Assembly (NCBI RefSeq): GCF_037042905.1
Contig: NC_087252.1
Location: 6,884,001 to 6,948,000 of the forward strand
Direction of reading: 5' to 3'
From: Lytechinus pictus
Lineage: Eukaryota
Length of the DNA stretch: 64,000 nucleotides
This document shows positions 55,601 through 64,000 of this stretch, one piece after another. The notes below the pieces were generated by a model. That model worked only from the letters and a program-made list of their open reading frames with translations. It searched no databases and was not told the origin of the DNA. The position numbers were made by a program, and so were the translations under genes. Each line of letters starts with the position of its first letter. Position 1 is the stretch's first letter.

Positions 55601-55686
55601 TTACCCATTACAAGCAGCAGAACAGCAAATCCACGTAATGAAACAAGGCCAGCCATCGTCATGGTCATATGTATGGTAAACAACAT
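25006..55686 (-). CDS. Copy B: 15-exon Ig(V-C2-C2)-TM-tyrosine pseudokinase receptor gene, about 723 aa if the two coding lesions are ignored; possibly a young pseudogene
   Basis: Exons 55686-55605, 55121-54813, 49567-49238, 48599-48327, 42118-41966, 41420-41393, 40428-40358, 29750-29580, 29157-29053, 28411-28230, 27814-27710, 27405-27300, 26563-26467, 25610-25512, 25065-25006. All introns are GT-AG with matching phases except a 1-nt shortfall in the penultimate exon; in-frame TGA at 48523-48525. Confidence 0.85.
25512..25610 (-). CDS. Copy B kinase exon, subdomain XI; TAA at 25523-25525 beside an A10 run
   Basis: YAVMTGCWDKEPPNRSNFDNILKSMERI*; good donor CAC|gtaaga lies 11 nt after the stop; exon is one base short of phase 0. 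Confidence 0.85.
26467..26563 (-). CDS. Copy B kinase exon, subdomain X
   Basis: GARPYPNMTFSTVQTEVDNGYQMPRPRPCAQEV; phase 1-2. Confidence 0.9.
27300..27405 (-). CDS. Copy B kinase exon, subdomains VIII-IX
   Basis: [35 protein letters not shown]; tyrosine-kinase P.RW..PE and D.WSFG..LWE motifs. Confidence 0.92.
27710..27814 (-). CDS. Copy B kinase exon, subdomains VIb-VII
   Basis: IIHGALCAHNVLLGERKQCKISDYGLSSSIFGDVA; canonical HRDLAARN reads HGALCAHN, DFG reads DYG; donor gtaagt. Confidence 0.92.
28230..28411 (-). CDS. Copy B kinase exon, subdomains V-VIa with short kinase insert
   Basis: GSILYEFISGGTLLTHLQTSGVQSQPTYSNLKPSGVRIDEGTLLYLAWQVAKGMQFLASKK; phase 1-0. Confidence 0.9.
28427..28654. 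mobile_element. TA-flanked MITE
   Basis: TA|CACATCAAAAACTG ... CAGTTTTTACAGTG|TA with internal GGTGTT/AACACC repeats. Confidence 0.7.
29053..29157 (-). CDS. Copy B kinase exon, subdomains III-IV
   Basis: DRVTKSLQFLQAIKVLYELSDQPNIVKCLGYCKDQ; 105 nt, phase 1-1; matches the F.xE...L....HPNIV.LLG.C pattern with Ala for Glu. Donor gtccgt is weak. Confidence 0.85.
29580..29750 (-). CDS. Copy B kinase exon, subdomains I-II
   Basis: AYSTLRLGPTHSFVISRENVTFFTRLGSIGRGDFGEVWKGDLRSKQNHLDVAIRQIP; GxGxFGxV loop, VAIK changed to VAIR. Confidence 0.9.
30369..35795. mobile_element. 5.4-kb TIR element with 4-bp TSD inserted in the left foldback arm
   Basis: TIR CGTCCCT.TTT..ACGAAGTGACGGAT; TSD ACTT at 30365-30368 and 35796-35799; subterminal ACGAAGTGACGG copies near 30640, 30672, 30724, 35520, 35570, 35592. 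Confidence 0.88.
33700..34573 (-). pseudogene. Decayed spliced gene inside the 5.4-kb element, product unknown
   Basis: ttttcag|ATG...CAAG|gtgag (34573-34485) joins in phase to cttag|G (33945): LDPGANMLVRWVIDNSLS..., later TSSENSDCDSDDETLSTLVK; several stops and a frameshift. Confidence 0.45.
36214..36365. mobile_element. MITE with CAGGGGCCGCGG termini (hAT-like)
   Basis: CAGGGGCCGCGGAAC ... GCTCCGCGGCCCCTG. Confidence 0.7.
40358..40428 (-). CDS. Copy B juxtamembrane exon with VAYEMI motif
   Basis: ttttttacag|C...CGAG|gttaga; 71 nt, phase 2-1; SNEINIPQEVNDNVAYEMIQSGNR. Confidence 0.75.
41393..41420 (-). CDS. Copy B juxtamembrane micro-exon
   Basis: ccactag|AGTTCCATGAGTCAAAGAATAATAAGAG|gtaagt; 28 nt, phase 1-2, EFHESKNNK; bridges the phases of its neighbours. 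Confidence 0.7.
41966..42118 (-). CDS. Copy B stalk plus transmembrane exon
   Basis: accag|AG..., KTTPEPTPCPCAPSGLSSGASAGIAILAILLVASIIVNIVQFILLRGKTKP; hydrophobic run followed by basic stop-transfer residues; 153 nt, phase 1-1. Not in the ORF track. Confidence 0.88.
43090..43340. repeat. Degenerate (AAT)n microsatellite
   Basis: Directly visible. Confidence 0.85.
44315..45134. mobile_element. Tc1/mariner-type MITE with long TIRs, specific to copy B
   Basis: TA|CAGTGCGTCCCA ... TGGGACGCACTG|TA; arms inverted over roughly 300 bp; empty site in copy A near 635. Confidence 0.9.
48327..48599 (-). CDS. Copy B third Ig domain exon, with in-frame TGA replacing the first Cys
   Basis: 273 nt, phase 1-1; RIRVT*TSQNEPTP...GTEYTCMAGNYLG; copy A has TGT at this codon. 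Confidence 0.88.
49238..49567 (-). CDS. Copy B Ig C2-type (CD80/nectin-like) domain exon
   Basis: 330 nt, phase 1-1; ATCEVVGSKPPVNITWYLN...SVFTFPATQENHLQTLEC; donor gtaagt. Confidence 0.9.
49779..49903 (-). pseudogene. Relic duplicate of the C2 exon 5' part (pseudo-exon); homologue at about 14540-14654
   Basis: ttctctag|CT... AAPSMTLNVISTLVNHEDMYEGTCDAVD vs real exon APGTLTGPTVRSFVSSSGEDMYEATCEVVG; ends in TGA. Confidence 0.65.
51275..51998 (-). mobile_element. 5'-truncated CR1/L2/Crack-type LINE, specific to copy B
   Basis: ORF2 end ..LQLGEFMYRSEKGLLP..HCHNTR..SVRYQG..W..L..S..FK; 3' stem-loops and (AAATG)n tail; TSD TATGTT at 51269-51274 and 51999-52004. Confidence 0.88.
54303..54770. mobile_element. 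Interspersed repeat insertion specific to copy B, family not assigned
   Basis: Absent at the matching site ATTGAATGG/AATTTGACAAG near 18478; internal palindrome ATGATCCATTCAAC..GTTGAATGGATCAT. Confidence 0.7.
54813..55121 (-). CDS. Copy B Ig V-type domain exon
   Basis: ttccag|GA...GAAG|gtgagt, 309 nt; VTLTC, IIW and DDGIYRC (D-x-G-x-Y-x-C) V-set motifs. Confidence 0.92.
55605..55686 (-). CDS. Copy B signal-peptide exon
   Basis: MLFTIHMTMTMAGLVSLRGFAVLLLVM(G), 82 nt, phase-1 donor G|gtaa; homologous to 19673-19754. Confidence 0.8.
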
Positions 55687-55711
55687 GTGGTTTTCTTGCT
55701 CATGGAATGTT

Positions 55712-56934
55712 CAGGCTTGTGACGATCGTCTGCGTTCATGGAGCGGGGATGATCGCCTCTTTTCGAGAAAATTAACCGGGGGAGCTATTCACGAAAGGAT
55801 GGGATCTTGTACCAATTGTTTATTTGTGTGTCTGTGTAAGTTTGTTTTGAGGGTGTGGAGGCCTATACGTTCAGTGAGGGTGTGTGTAGACGCGTGTGTG
55901 TAACAGTACTGAGAAAGGAAAGAAAAAAAAAACACAATTTTGTGCATTTTTATTTTATGATTATTGGTTTTCAATAGTATCGGCGATGCATGTGCGGTGA
56001 CCAGTTTGCGGTACGTGGAAACTACCTACTACTACTAGCAACTTGCGATGGAAAATCAGTTTTAAAGTAATTTGCTTCAGTTCACGACAAATAAAAGAAA
56101 AGAGAAAAGAAACAATTTTTGCTCGCTCACAACTTATTATAAATTTTGCCCGATACGCCATATCTTGCCCCCCTCAAAATTGTTGACTCATTATGTCATC
56201 GTTTTGTTTCATTACACTTCTACGCAAATGCAAATTTATTCATAATAGAATACACTATAATTATAGCAATATGCAACATTTATATAGCGCATAATACAAT
56301 GTTGTTATTTCTCTTTGTGGATTTGTTGGGGGGTTCTAGAATTACTTCATTATGCAATTTTATCTAAAATCACGAAAAATAATGGAAGTTCTCTTTTTGT
56401 GTCCTAATAATCAGTGGCGTAATGATCTAAAAGTTCGGAGGGAGCCAGATATGTCATATCCGGCAGAATTTAAATAAAAGTTGTGAGCGGGAAAGCAAAA
56501 AAATCCGACATTTTTAATGCAAAAAATCTAAGTTTGTATCATATTTTGAGCTAAAAATATTCTAAAAATTATATTATATTTTACCCTTCTTTCGTTGGTT
56601 TTCTTTTCATTCCTTTTCTTTCCTTATTTTCTTGGTCTTGATTTTTTTTTAGGGGGAGGGGGCAAGCGCCCCAAACGCTCCATCTGTACGCGTCTGCTAA
56701 TAATCTTTAAAATTATATTGTTGTTAGTGTTTGATGAATACTTTTCATAAAAATGAATGGTTCAGAAAAATTCTAAACGCAGACTTTCGTGAAAATCTCC
56801 CCTGGTTGTCCCAAAAAGGTGCGTTAATTTTAATCCCCTTCCTCAACCCACCCTTTCAAGGAAAACTCTCCCGGTTTTCTCGAAAGGGTGCGGCTACCCC
56901 CGTTCCGTGAACGCAGGTGATCGTAACTAGCGTA
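55712..56934. mobile_element. Old TIR element inserted about 25 nt upstream of the copy B start codon
   Basis: Imperfect about 85-bp inverted ends GTGACGATCGTCTGCGTTCATGGAGCGGGG / CCCCGTTCCGTGAACGCAGGTGATCGTAAC; flanks are contiguous in copy A near 19800. Confidence 0.75.
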
Positions 56935-58119
56935 AGGTTTTTACTTCAGATGGTTACCAAGTCAAGTTCATCTCCAAGATCTAGTTTTTCAAAGTAAGGA
57001 TATACAGTATATTAAAAACATTTATGATAGATTACCAATGATCACTAATTGATTTGTTGAAAATTGCATTGGAATCGCTGAAAGAAAAAAAAATTCACGA
57101 TCTGGTTGGCAATTTTTACATTTTGTACATGGTTTGGGAAAAAAGAGGAGAGCTGAAGCCCACCTAGCACCCCCCCCCCTGTTTCTGCATCCCCTGCACT
57201 TTTAAAACAAAGTAGTCAAATGGAACACACAAAAGTATACATTTCTAATACTAAGTGGGCTCTACCTTTCTCCAAGATCGCCATGCTCTATTGATCAGTA
57301 TTAGAGGTTCTCAGCTTTTCTACTCCCGAGATGTTAATCCTAATCAACCAGAAATTGAAAGTTGTTAAGTACAAGTTTCGTATACTCTGGTTTAACTTCT
57401 AGGAGGGTTTTGAATAATCGCCATCTCAGCAACCTTGGGCAGCATATCTGATTAACGTAATAACTAAATAGCATGATACCACTATCTATAACACTGTAGC
57501 TCTTGACTGAAAAAAAATTAAAATAAAGCAAAATATAATGTCATGTATGGCATTTGGGGGTACACGATTTTGTACGTCAGCTATTGTTTCATGTAGTCTT
57601 TGCCATCCCTTTTCAGTGCAGGTTAATCGTGCCAAACACATTAACATCTCGTTTACCATTGACATTTTTTTTCTCAAAGCGGGCCCTATGCGCACAAAAT
57701 AAATTGAGTGATTGGATATCAGTAGGTGAAAGTTCCTTTAGTACAGACCAAAATCATTATACCTGAAATTGGTATCCTTTTGCATTGGAAGAGGATTTAT
57801 TTCCAACAACAAAAAATAACGTAGTCTCGGCATAACTTCATAGAATTTGTTCAGTGCAGTATTTGTGATATCATCCACATCATATCTGTTTAAGCATGGC
57901 CCTGAGAAGCGATGCCGCACCATATAGGCAACAACACATGGAAATCAGGTTGGTATACTAAAATGTAGAAATTTTACCAAAATCACCTAAATGTTGTTAA
58001 TTTTGGAGCCTTACACCCTCTTTTTCGCTTGTAATTTTTTTCTGGGCCCAATCACAATAAACAATAAGTTCATAACACATTTTACCACACTGAACATAAT
58101 AGTTCATTAAACAACTCAC

Positions 58120-58400
58120 CTTATCCAGTTACCAACGATACATTTTGTTTGTATCCGTCTTGACCTATTTGGTATGTTTGGCGAGCACAGTGCAGCTCTA
58201 CGACCTCTGAATTCCTTTTGTCAATGTAAACAAATTTTTCTCGTGTTCCTGCTTTCAAAGTTGAGTCTCCAGTCAGTATATATCCGTTTGTCATGTTATA
58301 AAGAGGGCGTTACAACAGATAAAGTCGGGGTTATAATTGAGCACGATGCAGCCTAGAAAGTAAAGAAACTTTAATTTTCTTGTGAGGGATGTCAATAGTC
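58120..58400 (-). promoter_or_regulatory. Copy B probable non-coding first exon and proximal promoter
   Basis: Donor AG|gtgagt at 58120/58119; block homologous to 20579-20880 with shared TTTTGTCAATGTAAACAA and AAGAGGGCGT. Confidence 0.55.
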
Positions 58401-59029
58401 GCCTTAGGTAATAACGAAGGGAGTACCCATTTAAGGCTGAAATGTCATGGTTTCAATAGATATATTAAAATCAGACAAACAGTGAAGAACTAACAAAGTT
58501 TTGACATTTCAAAGGTTTGCATTATCTCGGTGAAACAATGTTCTATGTACTCATGAATATGCAATGAGGATGACATTACCCCACTAACATTTTTCATTAT
58601 CCGAAATGTTTCCTCTTCATTGTTTTTTTTGTCATCAAAGAACGTAAAATATAGGATTGATTTCTAATTTACCGTGTAAGATCATCATGACTGAAACTTG
58701 TTTCATTCTAAGGAGAAATGCTAATACACATATGAAAACATGGATTAGTTTTATCTTTTTATATAGTAACAAACAAAAAGAAAAGTGGGGATGTAACGTC
58801 ACCAGCCAAATGGATCTATATTATTTTTTTAAATCAAAATTTGATGAAAAGTAGAATTTTACCCTATTTATTTAGACATGATTATTTTTAGCCTTGGGTG
58901 TCGCTTTAAATGTGGAAATCCACCCCAAACAAAAAGTAGTGTTGATTTAAATGAGTAAAATTAACAAGTAACGCGTTGAAAATAAAATTTTAGGAGTGCC
59001 TATGTACACAATAATAAAAAGAATAAGAA

Positions 59030-59364
59030 TCAAATGATCAATTGAATCAATCGCTGATGTGGTTTACCATGTTTACGGTACACCGTGTGGAGTGTTATCG
59101 AAACAGTGGAAAGAAGTAGAAAGGAATTGGATAGGCGAGAAAGTGGAAATTTGAGAGTAGAGTATTCTTTTCTTGAAAATAGTCCTGAAAAGGACTGTAA
59201 ACCAGAAGAGATTGATGAGATTGAAGAAACAGCTTGAGTAGTAGGCTGGATGAGGAGTTGCTGGCTTGAGTCGGCGAGTAGAGATGATGAGTAGAAGCAG
59301 TAGAGAGACTCGACGTTTCGGGCAGGTTGACTGTCCGTCTTCACCTGAAGGCTGACAGTCAACC
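59030..59364 (-). mobile_element. Penelope-like terminal-repeat fragment with minimal hammerhead remnant
   Basis: Minus strand TGAAGA-CGGACAG-TCAAC-CTGCCC-GAAACGTC-GAGTC; ends in a 40-bp inverted junction at 59325-59364. Confidence 0.6.
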
Positions 59365-61834
59365 TATAACTAAATTCCGTCTAGCTTTTAATCATGCTAT
59401 TACTGATAATAGACGCATCCGATCAATTCCAAGTGGAGTGAAGGATTTGCTGTCACACTAAACGGCAAATGTCTGATAAGATTTAAAGAGGCCAAGTGCC
59501 TTGGTGATATTATCGAAGAAGATGTATGATGGACAGTCAAAGTGTGATAAAGCGAACAAAAGTTTATGTTCAAGCTAAATCTCTTAAACTCCTATTCAGT
59601 GTAACCGTCCTCCCTCATTTTGATCACTATTCCTTTGATTAGTCGGAAAGATTTCTAAGACAATCTGTTTAATAAAAAAAAATCAAAAACTAGCTGCACG
59701 TATACAGTGCGTATCAATAAAACGTTTACACTTTGGAAAAGTCATGGGAATCGAAAAATATACAATATTGGGATAATTTCTTCACATATATTCTTGGGTT
59801 TGGCTATCAAATGAAAGCAAACATTTTGAGAGAATGTTACAATAGAGTGAGCACTGTCCATTTGTGTAAAGCTCGCATAAGGCGTCTTGTCAAAGGTGTG
59901 CGTGCGTCTTTACCTTTATATTCTACGGCGAACCCGCTCAGCGTGCAGTTGTCCATTTTTCTTTCTACGGGTCAGTGCTCTTGCCATTCAAGACGCCAGC
60001 GTGCCCTTTTGCAGCGAAAACGGAAGCGTGCGCTTTTATCTTTTCTTTTGACACCCCCCGGTTGGCTCTCCGATGAGATGTTTTTGCATGAGCGCCCTCT
60101 ATGTCCACGATATCGGCGTTTTAGGCAAACTATTAAACGCCCGATCTGTATTCACTGATCGGAATATCGTTGTGTCCTTTTATCGGTGTGCCTAGTCCAA
60201 TGGGGTATATATTTTCCAAAGTTACGCTTTCACAATTTATTTTGATAATTTTTCGTTTCAGGTTTCAGTAGTGACAAAGTTCAATTAGATTTAGATTTTA
60301 TTTCTTTTTTTAGAACAATTAAGCTTTAGCACGAGTTGTTTTATTTTGAAGAATATACCGTTAAGACATTGACTTTCTAAAAGTAAATGTTCAGGCGCGG
60401 GTAAGATTTTTTTCATCACACTGAGCCCACACAGTCAGCATTGTCGGGTGAAAAGGAAAAATATGGAATTGTCCTTAACTTCTTTGTAAACGAAATGCAA
60501 AACCCTTCGCAAAAGATGCAATATAAATCATACCTGGGTCCTAAAATGATGGTATTTAAATTTCTACATTGAAACGAGCTACTGTGACAAAAAATAATAA
60601 ACACTTAAAATGCAAGCGTTTTTTATGGGAAAAAATATAAAACTAAGGGCATCGTTGAAATTCATATTTGAGCTAAACATAGGCCTATATCTAATTTATT
60701 GTACATATGTTTAAACATTAACATGTTAGAAACTAATATATTCACACATAAAACAGATGTCGTGCAAAACAAACGAATAAAATATCATTAATTTGAACTT
60801 TTAAAAAATAAATTGGATGCTCAAGCAGTCATATCGGTCATTGTTGATTAAATGCACAATTCTTGAATTTCATTGCCCGAAATTTAGAACAAAAAGTACT
60901 TTCGTTACTTTGTAAGACCATTTCAAACATCTTTACCTTCAAACGAAATCAAAAGCACTTAACAAATTAGTATTAAAATTATCAAATTTGAGGTAGTCTT
61001 GACCATGAATTTAGTTAAATTTTTATAAAGGAATTATAGCGTCTTTTAATGAATCCCGTTCTAAACTTTGAATGACCGATGTCTCCGGGGGAAAAAATAT
61101 CGCGTGAATTAAAATGCAAATTAACACATTTAAGTGACTCCGACATGAAATCGGACAGGAAAACCTATATTATATTTTTACCTGGGATCTGTCTTTATTC
61201 TCTTATCAATTTCCCCTGTGATCTAGAGTACTAAGTGACCAAGTGTTCTTGATTACCATCCAGGAGCCACAGAACCGAAGGGGTCTGGGCTGAAGCCTCC
61301 ACACTATTTTCCCCCAAATAGCGTACAAAACGTAAAAAGTACAATGAGTTTATGCATGGTGATCCCCCTTCAAAACTATTCTGCAGTTGGGGGAGGTTTA
61401 ATTATTTCTTTCAATTTTCCAGTTCTACTCACAATATTTAATTTTTTCAACTTAATTTTATGGCTCCTTTTTTTCATCCAACTTCATTTCTTCCTTTGAA
61501 TTTGTCTAAATCTTTTCTATACTTATTTCTTTAACGTTCACGTTTGACTTATGCAGTACGTGCATATTGCCGTTGATTTCTTCTTCCTATCAAATATCTG
61601 AATTTATCTGCAATGTGTGTGTGTCAAAATGCAAATTAGATTCCCAGTGTCTAAGGTAAACATAATTTACCGACGTAAAGTAAGTAATACGGAAGGCTCT
61701 TTGGCCTATGTTTCCCTTCTAACTTTGTACTTCACCTCTTAATCGCATAGTTGTATTCTGTATAGCTTTTTTATTTTTTTATTTAAATACTTTTACACAC
61801 AAACAAAAATCAATAAACGTTCAGGAAATGGTAA

Positions 61835-61998
61835 TGCATCGGTCACATTTGCTCTACGGCGGCCGCACGGCGAGTCGAAAACAGCCGTTTTATTCATTTT
61901 TAATTCAAACCACCTATATTTAGCTGGTACGAAAACTGTTAAAACGGCTGTTTTCGACTCGCCGTACGGCCGCCGTAGAAAAAAATGTGACCGAGGTA
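61835..61998. mobile_element. Palindromic Tourist/PIF-Harbinger-like MITE
   Basis: TAA|TGCATCGGTCACATTT..TACGGCGGCCG.ACGGCGAGTCGAAAACAGCCGTTTT mirrored to AAATGTGACCGAGGTA|TTA. Confidence 0.8.
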
Positions 61999-64000
61999 TT
62001 AGGCATACTAGATCGAGAAGGATGAAGTGTATGCTGGCGCAGATCCTGCCGAAGTAACACAATACAATCTAATAGGCGCTGTATTTATTTTGAACAATAG
62101 TTGGCCTCTCAAAAGTATTGTGCTCTATTCTGTGACCTCTACTAAAAGAAGTCAGTGGGTCTATATTCTGCACCTGGAGGGTACGGTAGTGATTCCGGGG
62201 GGGGGGTGGCATCCGGCCCGTGCACCCTCCCCCTTTGAGAGCCATTATCAATTTGTTAATGTAAATATGCCATTTTTACACAAGTGTGCCCCCTTTGAAA
62301 CTCACAGCATGTATTTTAATGAGGATATGTCGTTCATGCACAAGTGAGGACCTTCACTTTCGCCTGGTAAACACCCCTTTTCCAAATATATTTGATAATT
62401 AAAATGCACGGAGAGATGATAGGAAAAGAATATAACTCGAATGTATATATTAAGAGTAGACCTATAAAGAGGAAAATTACATGGTTAATTAAAAATGTGT
62501 TGATGAAATATCGGTGGAACGTTATGTTATAATTTCCTGCGCCAAACAGGTTTTATGTAATATTGCTCTTTATAAAGACAAGTATTAAACTACATTAAAT
62601 GTCGAAATGCTGATAAATATAATGGAAAAGATATTAAAATACACATTACGAAAAGAACCAAAATCAAGGCTCTAGTATCGACAAAACGAGTACAAGAAAA
62701 CTACCCATTTGATGCTCATTTTAATTCCCCGAAAGCCGGACGTTGAAAATGACCTGGGCCAGTGCGTTGCTAGCTGTATTTAATGGGAGAGCTCGGCTTA
62801 CCCAATTGTCAAGGTAGATTTAAATTACCCCATTTTTGATTGGGGAGATTATCCTATTGTTGAACATAGAGGTGGTCTGACTGGTGGCGGATTTCAATAG
62901 AAGGATGACCCCTTGATTGGTGGGGGTATTTCAATGGGAGATTACCACTTTGTCAGCGCGGGTGACTGTCTTGATACTTTGGTGTGTCCCCGATGTGTCT
63001 TTTACTCGAACACCGTGTTTGCAACTAATCCCAATTAATGAGACTATTTGGCATCAAAATGAAAGTCTAACTTCCACCCTTTTCATAGATTTCGTTTGAA
63101 AATATTTACAGTGTACGTTTGAGGTAAAATTGAAATATGAGAAGGCGCTTTTTTATGTAAACCAGATATGATTTGTTCATAAGTATTTTTATAATAAATG
63201 TTACAAAATCAAGTTTCATAGAACAGATGTTATACTCGATTTAATTACAACCAAAATAATTCAAAGTCATCAAGAGGCTAAGTATCATACTAAATAATGC
63301 AAGCATGATTTGTTCAGGCGCGGGGAAGATTTTTTTTTTCAATCCCACTGAGCCTGATCTCTTTTTTTTCATACAAAAGCCGGGATAGACATGTGGTTAA
63401 ATAAGCATTATTAATTGGATTCGTGCTTTCGGGAAAATAGCAGTTATTCACGAGCAAGAACATTGAACTGTTCAGTGTTGGCACCACTGCGATGAAGTTA
63501 ATACGAATTGTGTTTTTGAACAGGATCAAAACAGGATCAAAATAGTAGAAGTAAAAACGTTAAGCTTATTATATATATATTAATCATTCTGAATTATGCA
63601 TTATTCTGGACTACACGTGTCTATAATTGAATGATTTACATGTATTCAATCAGTGGCAGATTTTAGGGTGGGGGCACATTTTACCTTGAACACTTTTTAG
63701 ACCAAAAAGTTGTCACTAAAATAGGGCATTTTGACCCGTTTAAAACGTGGTGTTAAAAAATTAAGGTCTTTACTTGTGTGTGAACGACATATTCATATTA
63801 CAGATATTTGCTGTGACTCTCAAAAAGTGAGTACACTTGCAGGGGCAGATCCAGCCTTCGCCAAAGGGGGGGGGGGTCTTTTTAACCACATTACCCCCGA
63901 TCAGCCGCTCAAATCTGATTTTTGTTTGTTTAAATAAATGTAAAATAATCTCATAAGCCTTATTTAAATAGTGCGAGCGCGAAGCGCGAGCTATTTTTTT

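Larger units (their letters stand above)
43625..58850. repeat. Segmental tandem duplication, alignable part of copy B
   Basis: Collinear with about 57-21200. Confidence 0.93.

Noticed and set aside
57..58850. Duplication as a haplotype assembly artefact
   Set aside because: Head-to-tail copies differ at about 13-20 percent of residues and by many independent insertions, which favours true paralogues; not fully excluded without read-depth data.
59705..61200. Tc1-like left end TACAGTGCGTATCA and 141-aa ORF
   Set aside because: No matching right TIR found and the ORF has no recognisable transposase motifs.

Overview
AT-rich, intron-rich animal genomic DNA; the repeat types suggest an echinoderm such as a sea urchin (inference only). 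The window holds two tandem, head-to-tail minus-strand paralogues of one receptor gene. Copy B (about 58400 down to 25006) can be assembled by hand from 15 phase-compatible GT-AG coding exons: signal peptide, Ig V-type, two Ig C2/I-type domains, a Pro/Thr/Cys stalk, a TM helix, a juxtamembrane region with ITIM/ITAM-like tyrosines, a tyrosine-kinase fold with its catalytic motifs substituted (VAIR, no alphaC Glu, HGA for HRD, DYG), and a Tyr-containing tail, about 723 aa. Copy B carries a TGT>TGA stop at the first Cys of Ig domain 3, a 1-nt frameshift/stop beside an A10 run near the 3' end, and a TIR insertion just upstream of the ATG. Copy A (about 20900 to beyond the left edge) has four open exons (signal peptide plus three Ig domains); its TM and kinase exons should lie outside the window. 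The paralogues differ most in the V domain. The introns hold many DNA transposons with readable TIRs and TSDs, including two multi-level nests, a TU/foldback-like element, a Helentron/HINE-like element, LINE fragments and a Penelope-like fragment with a minimal hammerhead remnant. All coordinates and counts were read by eye; no database search was possible.
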